A stretch of DNA of 64,000 nt from Minisyncoccia bacterium (GCA_049303835.1 JBAQNN010000001.1:1762-65761), one strand, 5' to 3'. Positions 38,201 to 47,828 are shown, counted from the first letter of the stretch. Notes: generated by a model from the sequence alone, not told the origin. A program made the numbers and translations.

Positions 38201-40659
38201 TAACGGTATTAAAATTACCAGCAAGCACCGTAACAACAATAACTTCTTCAACTTATACAGTAGGCGCTAATACAATTAGTAATGTTACATTTAACACATC
38301 AAAAACTGATTTCTTAGCTGCTTTAACAAAAGGAGAATTAAATCAAACTTGGAATGATGCAGGAATAAATAATCCAGTCGTTACAGGAAATACTTTAGTT
38401 GTTACTGCTCAAGATGGTATAACCACGGTAGCTTATACAGTGACTGTTAATGCAGAACCCGACACCACTGCTCCAATCATCACCCTTAATGGAATTACTC
38501 CAGACATTGAAGTTGGTGGTTCTTATACTGAACTCGGAGCAACTGCTACCGACGCTGTAGATGGTTTATTTGCAGCTACACCTTCTGGTTCGGTTGATAC
38601 TAATGTTGTTGGTACTTACACAATTACTTATACTGCCACTGACGTGGCAGGAAATATTGCCACTCCGGTAATAAGAACAATTAATGTTGTTGCAGTACCA
38701 ATAGTATTAAATAGTATTGAAATAACAACTCCCGCAACGAAACTCTCTTATACAGTTGGTGAGTCACTAGATATTACAGGATTAGTAGTTACTGGAACAT
38801 ATTCAGATTCTTCTACCCAAATAGAAACAATTACAAACAGTAACATAACTGGTTTTGATAGTTTAGTACCAATAGTTGGTCAAATTTTAACAATTACAGT
38901 TAATGGAAAAACGACAACTTATACAGTTGACATTATTGCTCTTCCAGAACCAGATACAACTGCTCCAGTCATCACCCTTAATGGTACCAATCCTACAGAA
39001 CTGACAGTTGGTGATACCTTTACTGATCCCGTCACTGCTTCTGATAATATTGATGGAGACATTACTGCGAACATTATAAAAACTGGAACCTTCATTAATT
39101 CTTCAGTAGCTGGAACATACACAATTATTTACAATGTTTCTGATGCAGCTGATAATCCAGCGACAGAAGTTACTAGAACAGTGAATGTAAATGAAGTTGT
39201 TCCAGATACTATACCTCCTATTATTGAATCTCATGATACTGTTACAGCTGAGGCAACTTCAAGTGCTGGTGCTGTTGTAAATTACACATCTCCAAATGCA
39301 ACAGACAACGTAGATGCAACAGAACCCGCAGTTTGTCTTCCAGCTTCTGGAATATTATTTATAATTGGCACTTCAGAAATAACTTGTAATAAAACAGATA
39401 CAGCTGGAAATATAGCTACACCAACAACTTTTAATGTAATAGTACAAGACACAACACCACCAGAGATTACATTAAATGGTGATACTGTTATAAATCTTAT
39501 AGTTGGTGATTCCTATGCGGATGCAGGAGCTACCGCTTCAGATATTGTTGATGGAGACTTAACTGGAAACATAATACAGGGAGGTGATGTCGTAAATACT
39601 TCACAACCTGGTTCTTATATTATTACTTATAACGTAGCTGATGCTGTCGGTAATCCTGCAACACAAACAACAAGAACAGTTAATGTTTCTGACACAGAAG
39701 CCCCAACTATTAATAGTACTTCAGATATTACTACAGAAGCAACCAGCGCTAGTGGGGCAATAGTAATTTATGATGAAAGTACTTTAACTGCTACTGATGA
39801 TATTGACGGTGTCATTTCTGTAGATGCAGGGTCCTGTATTCCTGCATCCGGCTCTATTTTTGCGCTTAGAACAACTCCTGTCTCATGTTCAGCTACTGAT
39901 TCTTCTGGAAATGAAGGCAATGGGGTAGCATTCTCTGTAATTATTGAAGATACAACTATTCCAACAATTACTATGTTGGGTTCAACTCCTATTGAACTAA
40001 CTGTTGGTGATTCCTATACGGATGCAGGAGCTACCGCTTCAGATATTGTTGATGGAGATATTACAGATAATATTATCAAGGGTGGAACTTTTGTAAATAC
40101 TACAGTTGCAGGAACATATACAATTACTTATGATGTTTCTGATATGACTGGTAATAATGCTGTTCAAGTTACAAGAACTGTTATTGTTGGTACTCCTCTA
40201 CCAGATACAACTCTTCCCGTTATTACTCTTACAGGAAGTTCAACTATGAACCTTGTAATTGGGCAGACTTTTTCAGATCCAGGTGCAACCGCTTCTGATA
40301 ATGTTGATGGAAACATTACCGCTAACATTGTAGTCGGAGGAGACACAGTAAATACCGCTAATGCCGGAACGTATATCATTACTTACAATGTTTCTGATGT
40401 CGCAACTAATGCCGCCATTGAAGTAACACGCACAGTTATTGTCACTACTCCTCCTCCAAGTGGAGGTGGTGGAGGAGGATCTACGCCACCAGCAACTAAA
40501 AAAGGTGATGCTAATAAAGATGGTAAAGTTGATAAATATGATTTTGCTTTGATAATGGCTAATTGGGGCAAGACCGGAACAAGCGATTCAGATTTTAATG
40601 GTGACAACAAAGTTGATAAATATGATTTTGCATTATTAATGTCGAACTGGGGATTATAA
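35263..40659 (+). CDS. giant secreted surface protein: signal peptide, subtilisin-like (S8) protease, tandem Ig-like/HYR-like repeats, C-terminal dockerin repeats (ORF opens at TTG 35254; ATG 35263 likelier start)
   Basis: Signal 'MKLKKLSSFVVVVLTFSIALGSF'. S8 triad context 'GVISDGVD', 'HGT', 'GTSAAAPAVAAIVAQL'. Two ~105-aa tandem repeats at ~37606-38220. Five ~85-aa repeats 'PDTTAPVITLNG...AGTYTITY.VSD..GN.A..VTRTV.V' at ~38455-40440. Dockerin-like 'GDANKDGKVDKYDFALIMANWG' and 'DFNGDNKVDKYDFALLMSNWG'. Own promoter TTGACA 35227-32 / TATAAT 35249-54. Confidence 0.8.
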   Translation: MKLKKLSSFVVVVLTFSIALGSFNSPVFAYEKSSVNLQQVKTLSDNSETILNKLDSISKPTSTLSQDLSNKKQNLSESKKKLGTDLLRLIDSNFLLPNQNRTQVISEMKGLKQFVASADSVKTVDKRVTNKIHNDLVYVYVNLQPTTSTFVIDSIAWKVTDRDEKNHLAVALVEVNKLETLASLKGVKSVSLVLPPVTRSGSVVTEGDLIHQTDDVRNTYSQGGAGMKIGVISDGVDNLASAQTSGDLPPAVTVLSNFEGGDEGTAMLEIIHDMVPNASLYFHDAGSNVIAFNSAIDALIAAGANVIVDDVGWITEPFFEDGTVASHVASVLAVNNIVYVSSAGNNAEEHYQGIFNDNGSGWHDFSAGLNQVLLVSVPNGGSIIPILQWNDSFGSSSNDYDLYLVNQSSGALLDASESVQNGDDDPFEGVIYTNISGSTIPVGIYVNKFSGVAKTLELFINPKDGAVVSPTNITGVDSIFGHAAVPGVITVGAINANDPGNDTIEPFSSQGPVTIIGQAQRAKTDITGIDCVSTSAAIPIATGLHPFCGTSAAAPAVAAIVAQLWGQYPTATGTQIKNHILNSAVELGTAGTDSIFGHGRADSLLSFQTGPTIASFNFTTPAVTGVINENAKTISLTVPYGTNITALVPTIAVSAGTSVGPLSGVAQDFSSPVIYTATSVDGLIKSYTVTVTVTPNPAKAITSFDFTAPTATGVIDESAKTISLTVPFGTNVTALVPTIEITGASIVPNTGIANNFTTLQTYTVTALDSSTQAYVVTVAFDTDPDIAKVATDKAALVDSLIQGANADLSNITTTLTSPLPALGTINGSTITWASNTPSVVSNDGQTVVRPAFGNANATVILTATITKGVVTDTKTFTLTVLAETLNPDIAFVASDKASLVDDSIKGGNSDLSNIEVALTDPLPSLGANGSTITWLSSDSAVVSNNGQTINRPAFADGNATITMTATITKGVITDTKVFTLTVLKLPASTVTTITSSTYTVGANTISNVTFNTSKTDFLAALTKGELNQTWNDAGINNPVVTGNTLVVTAQDGITTVAYTVTVNAEPDTTAPIITLNGITPDIEVGGSYTELGATATDAVDGLFAATPSGSVDTNVVGTYTITYTATDVAGNIATPVIRTINVVAVPIVLNSIEITTPATKLSYTVGESLDITGLVVTGTYSDSSTQIETITNSNITGFDSLVPIVGQILTITVNGKTTTYTVDIIALPEPDTTAPVITLNGTNPTELTVGDTFTDPVTASDNIDGDITANIIKTGTFINSSVAGTYTIIYNVSDAADNPATEVTRTVNVNEVVPDTIPPIIESHDTVTAEATSSAGAVVNYTSPNATDNVDATEPAVCLPASGILFIIGTSEITCNKTDTAGNIATPTTFNVIVQDTTPPEITLNGDTVINLIVGDSYADAGATASDIVDGDLTGNIIQGGDVVNTSQPGSYIITYNVADAVGNPATQTTRTVNVSDTEAPTINSTSDITTEATSASGAIVIYDESTLTATDDIDGVISVDAGSCIPASGSIFALRTTPVSCSATDSSGNEGNGVAFSVIIEDTTIPTITMLGSTPIELTVGDSYTDAGATASDIVDGDITDNIIKGGTFVNTTVAGTYTITYDVSDMTGNNAVQVTRTVIVGTPLPDTTLPVITLTGSSTMNLVIGQTFSDPGATASDNVDGNITANIVVGGDTVNTANAGTYIITYNVSDVATNAAIEVTRTVIVTTPPPSGGGGGGSTPPATKKGDANKDGKVDKYDFALIMANWGKTGTSDSDFNGDNKVDKYDFALLMSNWGL
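38455..40440 (+). repeat. five tandem ~255-bp coding repeats (Ig-like/HYR-type modules) inside the surface-protein gene
   Basis: Repeated peptide block beginning 'PDTTAPVITLNG'/'TEAPTINS'/'TIPTITM'/'PDTTLPVITLTG' with shared 'GATASD.VDGD.T.NII.GG..VNT...G.Y.ITY.V.D..GN.A' core. Confidence 0.7.
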
Positions 40660-40674
40660 AAATTAATTAAAAAA

Positions 40675-41397
40675 ATGAAAAATATTAAAATAAAAATTAT
40701 ATTATCAGCAATTATACTTTTATCAGTTATGAGTTTTATTGGTACAGTACATGCTGCGAGTTCTTCCTTGTATGTTTCCCCAGCAAGTCTTACTAAAACC
40801 GCTGGAGATGTTTTTAACGCTTCTGTGGGATTTAATGCTTCTGGTAATAAAGTTTGTGCAGTTGAAGGAACGTTAAATTTTAAGAATTTGTCTTGTCAAA
40901 GTATAACTGTTGCAAGTGGCGTTATGACTCAAACGACTCCTACCTGTTCTAACCCTTACTTTATGATCGGTATCCCAAATTGTACTACAGCAGATAAGGT
41001 ATTATTTACGACATCGGTTAAGGCAGGAAGTGCTGGACCAGCCTCTATTGGTTTTACTAGTGTTGATGTAATAGGAGAAGGTGCATCAGTCGGTTCAGCT
41101 TCAATAAGTGGAAATTACACAATTAATGCTGTTCCAGTACCAATTACGCCAAAAGTAAATACTGAAACAACAACTCCTAAAACAACTAAACAAGCCGTTC
41201 AACCAATTGAGCAAGTAACTCAGAAGACTGAAGTTCCTGTTCAAGAGACAGCTCCAGAAAATAATCTAGTAGCAAATGCAGGAGCAACTGACATAACACC
41301 AACTGGTTCTAATTGGTTTAATTATTTTGCAATAGCATTAGTTATTTTGATTGCTCTTTATGGTATTTATTACTTTTTAAAGAGAAAAAAAATATAA
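40675..41397 (+). CDS. membrane-anchored secreted protein with cohesin-like beta-sandwich domain and C-terminal TM anchor (possible docking partner for the upstream dockerin protein)
   Basis: Signal peptide, then 'SLYVSPASLTKTAGDVFNASVGF...LNFKNLSCQSITVASGVM', a Thr/Pro-rich linker, and TM 'FAIALVILIALYGIYYFLKRKK'. Cohesin assignment is by pattern only. Confidence 0.4.
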   Translation: MKNIKIKIILSAIILLSVMSFIGTVHAASSSLYVSPASLTKTAGDVFNASVGFNASGNKVCAVEGTLNFKNLSCQSITVASGVMTQTTPTCSNPYFMIGIPNCTTADKVLFTTSVKAGSAGPASIGFTSVDVIGEGASVGSASISGNYTINAVPVPITPKVNTETTTPKTTKQAVQPIEQVTQKTEVPVQETAPENNLVANAGATDITPTGSNWFNYFAIALVILIALYGIYYFLKRKKI

Positions 41398-41418
41398 ATT
41401 TAATATAAAAATAAAAAG

Positions 41419-41453
41419 CAGTGTGCATTACTTGCATGCTGTTTTTTATTTTT
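41419..41453 (+). terminator. intrinsic terminator
   Basis: CAGTGTGCA-TTACT-TGCATGCTG stem (two G-U pairs) followed by TTTTTTATTTTT. Confidence 0.6.
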
Positions 41454-41490
41454 AACTCAGTAGTTTTAGGTACTAGCGTATAATATAGGT

Positions 41491-42078
41491 ATGAAAACAT
41501 TAAAAGAATCATGCTTTGCGCTAAGTACAAAACTATTGAGAAAGGGTCTACAGAAAGCTAGAAATAAAGAACTAGTGGAGGAAGAATATTTAAATTTTAT
41601 ACATAACGGTAAACCGTCTGTTCTTTTCTACTCCATAGAGGATAGTTTTGATGGGAATACCTATCTTGTAATTAACTTTAATGCAGAACCGCAGAAAATA
41701 CTTTTATCTGATCGAGAATTAACCTATGGTACAAGAACTTATTTAACCTGCCTTTGTGGACACAAAACCAATGCCTTATACCTCAAAAACACCCCAGGAA
41801 GCACGTTCTTTGCCTGTTTCAAGTGTCATAGCCTTCGTTATAAATCTACTACGATTAATAGCAGGAGTGATCATGGCCGAATGCTTTATCAACAAAGCAA
41901 GAGGTTGGCTCTCCTTGATATGCGCGAAAGCATTCCACGACCTCTGTATAAATCTAAATGGACCAAGCGTTTTCAACGTTTCTTGAAACTCTGTAATCAA
42001 TCGGGATTGTTTAACCAAGTAAGAGATGCTCAGACAACAACGGAAACGATAAAAGCCTTTCAGTCTCAACAGATTTAG
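41491..42078 (+). CDS. hypothetical protein (195 aa) with Cys/His cluster 'CLCGHK...CFKCH'
   Basis: ORF with TATAAT box at 41477-41482. Followed by hairpin TACCACC/GGTGGTA plus T-tract at 42260-42288. Confidence 0.4.
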   Translation: MKTLKESCFALSTKLLRKGLQKARNKELVEEEYLNFIHNGKPSVLFYSIEDSFDGNTYLVINFNAEPQKILLSDRELTYGTRTYLTCLCGHKTNALYLKNTPGSTFFACFKCHSLRYKSTTINSRSDHGRMLYQQSKRLALLDMRESIPRPLYKSKWTKRFQRFLKLCNQSGLFNQVRDAQTTTETIKAFQSQQI

Positions 42079-42299
42079 ACGAATGCAATACTTTTGCGAT
42101 TTTTTTAGAAGCTGTTCGTGCGGTGGGGGATTTTCTAGTAATCCACAGTTGCCCTTGCTTAATGGACTTTTCATAATATTTTTGCTATATTATAGATGTG
42201 CTTGTGGGGCGTCAGCCCTATTCGGCTAATTCATAAGCCGAAGGCAGGCATAACAAAGCTACCACCTTAATCGGTGGTATTTTTGTTTCTAGTTCATAT

Positions 42300-42779
42300 T
42301 TAGTCTTCATCCGGACTACCTTTCATCGTTGTATAAAACTTAGCATCCCGATATTTGTTTGTTGTCCACGCAGGCACAATACTCCAAAAGTGCATCGCTC
42401 CACCATCTCCAATTTGTCTCAATATTACTTTAATTTTTCTGCTATCAATAATGGCAATGATACCCCAATATCTTACAGGTTTTGATTTTCTAATTCTTTT
42501 CTTGTGGCTTTTAACTTCAAATTCTTTCAGAGTTTCTTCAAATTCCTGATGAGTGGTAGAGAGCTTAACCAATTTTACAGCGAGGTGCAAAAGCTTAAAG
42601 CGCAACATTTGAGACGGTCTTTCTCTTTCAGATCGTGAGCCTTTGAAAATGATATGATTGAAGCCCTCTGAGTTGAAATAGATGTCCTGGTTTAGAGCCG
42701 GGGAAAAGGCTTTGTGAACATTGTTATAAAAATTTTGCGCGTCTTCTTTTAGTTTTTCGTAATTGGATAAATCTTCCAT
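42300..42779 (-). CDS. hypothetical protein (159 aa)
   Basis: ORF adjacent to the second serine recombinase. No motif. Confidence 0.4.
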   Translation of the reverse strand: MEDLSNYEKLKEDAQNFYNNVHKAFSPALNQDIYFNSEGFNHIIFKGSRSERERPSQMLRFKLLHLAVKLVKLSTTHQEFEETLKEFEVKSHKKRIRKSKPVRYWGIIAIIDSRKIKVILRQIGDGGAMHFWSIVPAWTTNKYRDAKFYTTMKGSPDED

Positions 42780-42788
42780 AAAAATATA

Positions 42789-44468
42789 TTAGCATATTTG
42801 CGCCGATGATTGAAAGGTCGGAATATAGATTGTAGTATCATTTACAAGCTCAAACGCAGTTCTAACATCGTCCAATAGTCCGCGCAACAGTGAACGAAGA
42901 TGAGGAAAGTCATAAATCGTCTTTTGTTTACAAGCTAGTTCTGGTTCAGTACTAGCCAACTGCTCTCTTAGTGAAGAGTAGGCTTTTTGAATGTGGAAAT
43001 ACCATTCGAAGGCTTTAATATTGACTATTTTGTCTTTTATCTCTCGGTTCATACCCAGACTCTTGATGATTTCTTTTCGGGTTCTTTTGTCCCCATTTTT
43101 AAGAGCAATCAAGGCATAAGTAGAATAATAGAATGCTTTCTCAGTTAATTCCATAAGATTTTCATTCTTGTCAGCTTCAACCTCAGTTAATTGGGTTTTT
43201 AGGCTATTTATTGTCTTGTCTAACTCTGCTCTAGATTCTTTGAATTCATCATCTGAAAGTAACCCCCTAGATGCCATTAGGATCAACTTCTTTAATTCTT
43301 CCTGCTTAGTTTCTACGGTCTTTGATACATTTTCTTTTACATCTTTCTCCGTTACCGTTTCTAGAACATTATTGTCTTTCAGTACTTCAAGTGTCCAACT
43401 TAAGAAAGCAGAATCAATTGTATATTTTTGGATTTCAGCCTCTATTTGTTCCTCTACCTTGGTTTCGTTAATATTGTATTTCTGGCTGCAGTAAACTACA
43501 CTCTTTTTATGACCACAGAGATAAAATACATAAACTTTTGTTTCTTTAGTACTTTTTATAAATTTAATCTTCTCAATCCCAACGAATGAACGATTGCACT
43601 CGCCACACATAAAAGTTCCACAACCATAGGCAAATTCATGGGTTTTTGCTCTTGGTTTACCATGTTCTTTAAGGAGCGTCTGTACGCGGTCAAATTCTGC
43701 CATAGTTATCATTGGTTTATGATCTCCTTTATACATTTTACCTTTATACATAAAGTATCCAGTGTAAAACATATTGGTAAACATGCCGTAAGCGCTAGTA
43801 TAGCCAATCTTTCCTCCACCAACTTTTTTCTTTTTGGGAGTAAGTAAGCCCCACTCTTTTGTAGCAATCTCTCGCACTTGGGGGACACTATAGTTTCCAG
43901 TTAGTAATAAATCCCACATTTTACGAACAAGAGGGAATCGTTCTACATCTTCCATTATTTTATTTTCTCCTCGTGTTGCTAATTTTGTATTATAATAACC
44001 AACTGGTGCTAGGCATGGCATTCTCCCCATACTTAATTTATCGCCTAATCCACGTTTTACATCAACACCAAGTTTGGAAGAATAATATTGTGAATCTGAA
44101 AGAGCGTTTTGTAGGTGTTTTATTCCATCTGGTGTATTTTCAAAAGTGTAACTTACAAATTTTAAATCTTTAATTAGATTTTTTCTTATAGAATAGGTAA
44201 TATCTCCAGCTTCTTTTTCATTTCTTGAGAGGCGATCTGGGTGCCAAGCTATTATTCCATGCAACTCACCACTTAATGCCATATTAAGCATTCTTACAAA
44301 TTCTGGTCTATTGTTGGGTTCAAAGGCACTACGACTTTCTTCAAACCAGACAATGTCGAAGTCTGGAAATTTATTTTTGATTGCTTCCTTTTGCGAGGCA
44401 ATTGAAAGCGCTTGTTTTTCTTTTGCTTCACTCGATTTACGTATATACCCTCCATATTTATATTTCAT
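42789..44468 (-). CDS. large serine recombinase (paralogue of 22682..24343)
   Basis: 'GGYIRKSSEAKEKQALSIASQ' catalytic Ser motif. Zinc ribbon 'CGTFMCGECNRSF...FYLCGHKKSVVYCSQ'. Aligns along its length with the element-1 recombinase. Confidence 0.85.
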   Translation of the reverse strand: MKYKYGGYIRKSSEAKEKQALSIASQKEAIKNKFPDFDIVWFEESRSAFEPNNRPEFVRMLNMALSGELHGIIAWHPDRLSRNEKEAGDITYSIRKNLIKDLKFVSYTFENTPDGIKHLQNALSDSQYYSSKLGVDVKRGLGDKLSMGRMPCLAPVGYYNTKLATRGENKIMEDVERFPLVRKMWDLLLTGNYSVPQVREIATKEWGLLTPKKKKVGGGKIGYTSAYGMFTNMFYTGYFMYKGKMYKGDHKPMITMAEFDRVQTLLKEHGKPRAKTHEFAYGCGTFMCGECNRSFVGIEKIKFIKSTKETKVYVFYLCGHKKSVVYCSQKYNINETKVEEQIEAEIQKYTIDSAFLSWTLEVLKDNNVLETVTEKDVKENVSKTVETKQEELKKLILMASRGLLSDDEFKESRAELDKTINSLKTQLTEVEADKNENLMELTEKAFYYSTYALIALKNGDKRTRKEIIKSLGMNREIKDKIVNIKAFEWYFHIQKAYSSLREQLASTEPELACKQKTIYDFPHLRSLLRGLLDDVRTAFELVNDTTIYIPTFQSSAQIC

Positions 44469-44480
44469 AATTTTTTTATA

Positions 44481-44738
44481 TTAATTAATAATCGAGACTT
44501 TCTTAGTTTTAAGAAACATCTTTTTAGCCAGAGCATGGGAATAATCGGATATACTTACTGGCTGATAAAGAATTGCTATTGTTCGGAGTAGTGTTTCTGC
44601 TCGTGTGAGTGCTTCTGGTTCCGATAATGTTACACCAGTTTTTGCTTTAAAGAGATTTATAAACTGCAGAAGTCTTTTGTTAGAAATATTCATGCTGGTT
44701 AAGTTCATCCTATTAAATTTATTTGTAATTTTATCCAT
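44481..44738 (-). CDS. small hypothetical protein (85 aa)
   Basis: ORF between recombinase and prim-pol. Confidence 0.3.
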   Translation of the reverse strand: MDKITNKFNRMNLTSMNISNKRLLQFINLFKAKTGVTLSEPEALTRAETLLRTIAILYQPVSISDYSHALAKKMFLKTKKVSIIN

Positions 44739-44927
44739 TTTTTTATTTGGATTAGTAATTTTTCTAGTTTAGACAAACTAAAAGGACGGTTCTGGCTGTC
44801 CAATACATTTTCTCCAAAATAGGATAGATATAATGGCAGAACCGCCCTTTCAGGGTCATTATACCTATTTATTCCTATTATCTTTGTATTAGACAGCATA
44901 TGAATTATAGCACTTTAATCTCGACAT

Positions 44928-46955
44928 CTAAAATGGTGGATTATCAATGCCATCTTCGTCTCTTTCGACCTCTTCACATTCAAACGATTCTTTATAATCT
45001 TCCTGTTTTCCTGCCTCTATATAGGATACGGAAGCAGGAAGATCATCAACTTGGGTAATTTTGATAGGAGAAAGTATCCAAGGGAGGCGGTAGTGTGCCT
45101 TTTTGCGGTTTTCTTTTGGTACTTCTCCTTTTGGAACTCTTTCAATCTTTTCATCATCTTCTGCTAGTTTTATTCCTCGGTCTATAACATCTCTACCGTA
45201 ATCATCTTCAAAAAATTCAAGAATTTCTGAACGACTTTTCATTTCTTCTCCTAGAAATGACACTAAAGCTGTTCCTACTTCTTCGGCTTTCTTCTTCTTT
45301 TCATCGTGATCACCAGCATATTCAAATCCAGATGGACCCGATTCGCTTTTAATGATGTTGATTTCAAACGGTGACAACAATTCACCTTGACGTAATTTCG
45401 TTTGTCGGAGAATAAGGCGATCTTCGTTCTCGTTTTTCTTCTCAATAGTCATATGACAATCTACCGCTGCTAAAATATCTGATGAACCTCGCATACTTTG
45501 GCCAGGATTATTTGACCCTTGTCCTTTTTGTTGTTTTCTGTGGTGGTGAGTAAAGAGGATAGATGCTCCCTCGGTAATTATTTTTTGGAGATTACTAAAC
45601 ACCTTTGCCATACCACCTGCATCATTTTCATCTTGTCCATGAACTCGAACAAGAGAATCAAGTATGACTAGTTTTATATTTTTTTCTTTAACAATCCCTA
45701 GTATCATGTCGCGGACTTCTTCCATATCCACTTTAATACCACTCTGTGATAGATAATGAATATTATCAGTTTCTTTTGCACCAAGTAATTCCAAACGCTT
45801 TTGTAATAGTCGTATGTGATCTTCTTCGTCTATTATCAATACACCTCCCTGTGATGCCTTGAATTTACCAAAGACAGGAAGATTGCGTGATACACAAAGT
45901 GCAATATGAATAGTCACCCAAGTTTTGAAGTCTCCAGGGTTACCAGAGAGTGCCATCATGCCTTGTTTGGATATTAATGAATCTACAAGCCATTCCTCCT
46001 CTCCAAAGTCTTGCTCTAGAATTTCCCCAATCGTCCATAAGCGAGGTCTGTTTGTGGAGGACATTCTGGCTTTCATTTCAGTTTCTCTATCTTTTACTTT
46101 AAGTTTAAGTATCCCTTCGAAAGTGTTATCTAATTCTTGTTTACGTTCCTCAAATCGTTCTTTTGATCCTACGATTTTTTGATCCCATGCGTAATAATTC
46201 ATTCTGGCAGTTTCAACCTTTTCTGCGGTGTCTGCATGTTTAAGAAGAAGACCTGCTATCTGTGCTAATGCTCCATGTCGTAGACCTTTACCTATTGGTA
46301 CGCCTTTAAGCAACAATTCCATTGCAGGAGTTTTAGTGTTAACTTCATCGTCAGAATATTTTGGGACCATTGCATCCAGCTCTTCAAGTGTACATCTTGC
46401 TTCTGGCTTATATGACACAATTTTAATTTCAAAAGGATTATTAGGATCTTTTAAGTGTAGTGTATAAGGCAAACGAAGCACTCGTGATGGATCAATGGGA
46501 TTTTTGTCACCATTAAAACACTGCACTAGTCTTTTCTGTACAGCTCTCCATTTCATGATGTTTTCTAATGTAGGTTTAAGAGATTCTGGAAAAAGCCAAA
46601 TGAGATGAGTTCCTTTTTGAGTACGGTTAATTATCGTTGGAGTTGGCACACCAGTTTCTAGGCCTGACATAAGAGTTTCTTGAATCAATCTGTCTTTTTC
46701 TTCTTGGGGTAGTCTGACCTCTACATCAAAATCAACATAGTTACCATTTAAAGATAGCAACTGTGATTGGTCTGCCTTACCAGTAGGAGGAAATCCATTG
46801 ACTGTGAAAAAGATGCCGTACCCTTTTTTATTCCACGATAGATCAAGTACACTGCTTCCTTGTATGGCTAATCCATTTGTTGAGTCATGTATATAGCGGA
46901 ATCGAGTGTTGGGGAAGAGCGCTATAAACTCTTCTTGTGTTAGTTTTTCTTGCAT
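44928..46955 (-). CDS. prim-pol-like primase fused to AAA_25/RepA-like ATPase (paralogue of 24371..26365)
   Basis: Same position as in element 1. P-loop region 'ALSGNPGDFKTWVT...VLIIDEEDH'. N-terminal region diverged. Confidence 0.6.
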   Translation of the reverse strand: MQEKLTQEEFIALFPNTRFRYIHDSTNGLAIQGSSVLDLSWNKKGYGIFFTVNGFPPTGKADQSQLLSLNGNYVDFDVEVRLPQEEKDRLIQETLMSGLETGVPTPTIINRTQKGTHLIWLFPESLKPTLENIMKWRAVQKRLVQCFNGDKNPIDPSRVLRLPYTLHLKDPNNPFEIKIVSYKPEARCTLEELDAMVPKYSDDEVNTKTPAMELLLKGVPIGKGLRHGALAQIAGLLLKHADTAEKVETARMNYYAWDQKIVGSKERFEERKQELDNTFEGILKLKVKDRETEMKARMSSTNRPRLWTIGEILEQDFGEEEWLVDSLISKQGMMALSGNPGDFKTWVTIHIALCVSRNLPVFGKFKASQGGVLIIDEEDHIRLLQKRLELLGAKETDNIHYLSQSGIKVDMEEVRDMILGIVKEKNIKLVILDSLVRVHGQDENDAGGMAKVFSNLQKIITEGASILFTHHHRKQQKGQGSNNPGQSMRGSSDILAAVDCHMTIEKKNENEDRLILRQTKLRQGELLSPFEINIIKSESGPSGFEYAGDHDEKKKKAEEVGTALVSFLGEEMKSRSEILEFFEDDYGRDVIDRGIKLAEDDEKIERVPKGEVPKENRKKAHYRLPWILSPIKITQVDDLPASVSYIEAGKQEDYKESFECEEVERDEDGIDNPPF

Positions 46956-47272
46956 ATAATTTGCTCTACTTTAACCACTTTATTAATGCCCGACTTATCC
47001 GTATTCATTTTTGCTTTTTTCTCTGCTCCAGGAGGTGTAATACCGTCATTTTTCGTACGGTTAAGGGGTGAATTTAGGAGATAGATATATTCGAGAATCT
47101 GCTTCTTCTCTGATCTGTCATACTCTTCTTTGTCGACCAAAAGATTGAACCATCTCGCGATTCTGTCGCGAGAGAAGTTCTTTCCACTTACTATGCGATT
47201 GAATATGATAACTGAACCCAAATTAGGGTTTTCTTTAGACACTTTATCAAACAATCTTTTAATGCTCTTCAT
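46940..47272 (-). CDS. small hypothetical protein (110 aa)
   Basis: ORF overlapping the prim-pol start by 16 nt. Confidence 0.35.
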   Translation of the reverse strand: MKSIKRLFDKVSKENPNLGSVIIFNRIVSGKNFSRDRIARWFNLLVDKEEYDRSEKKQILEYIYLLNSPLNRTKNDGITPPGAEKKAKMNTDKSGINKVVKVEQIICKKN

Positions 47273-47300
47273 AAATTATTTCATTCATTTTAATAATTGC

Positions 47301-47828
47301 TTATAAGTTTCTGTATTCTGGTTCGACAAACGGAATACCAATTAATTTGAATAAATCTTTTTCTTCTCGAATCTCGTATCTTTCACCATCTCTGAATAGA
47401 TATCCGCCCTCGCTTTTGAATCCTTGTCGGACCCAACCGTTGGCTAATACTTTATGGCTGTAGTTTGCTGAGCCAGTTCTAATTGCAAAGACAGATCCCC
47501 AATTTCCTTCTTCGGCGAAAAATAAATCAAGCTTTATTCCTTCTGGCAATATACGTTGAGTGTATTTGGTTTTTTCGTATTCCATTTCTCCCTTTATTTT
47601 TGGCCATTTATTGACAACACTTGCGATTCCGTCTTCCAAAAGTCCCGTTGAATAGGGGAGAGGAATTGCCACAATTTCTACATCACCACAATCCGCTTTC
47701 TTTCTGCGGATGCTTCCCGCAATCTCGGCACGTATACAATACGGTTTCAATTGCTCTAACACTTTTAACGCTATCGCCTCGGCTTCTGCTAATGGATAAC
47801 GTTTTTCTTTTATTGTTTTATTTGTCAT
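47301..47828 (-). CDS. minimal DNA polymerase beta-like (PolX family) nucleotidyltransferase (paralogue of 26388..26918)
   Basis: 'AGSIRRKKADCGDVEIVAIP', 'IKLDLFFAEE', C-terminal 'FVEPEYRNL'. 175 aa; clearly alignable throughout with the element-1 copy. Confidence 0.65.
   Translation of the reverse strand: MTNKTIKEKRYPLAEAEAIALKVLEQLKPYCIRAEIAGSIRRKKADCGDVEIVAIPLPYSTGLLEDGIASVVNKWPKIKGEMEYEKTKYTQRILPEGIKLDLFFAEEGNWGSVFAIRTGSANYSHKVLANGWVRQGFKSEGGYLFRDGERYEIREEKDLFKLIGIPFVEPEYRNL

Noticed and set aside
42188-42245. tRNA-like hairpin 'TTCGGC-TAATTCATAA-GCCGAA' with CAT in the loop near the left side of element 2
   Set aside because: The loop is 10 nt and no acceptor, D-arm or T-arm can be folded on either strand. 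At most it is a degraded tRNA/att remnant and is not reportable as a tRNA.
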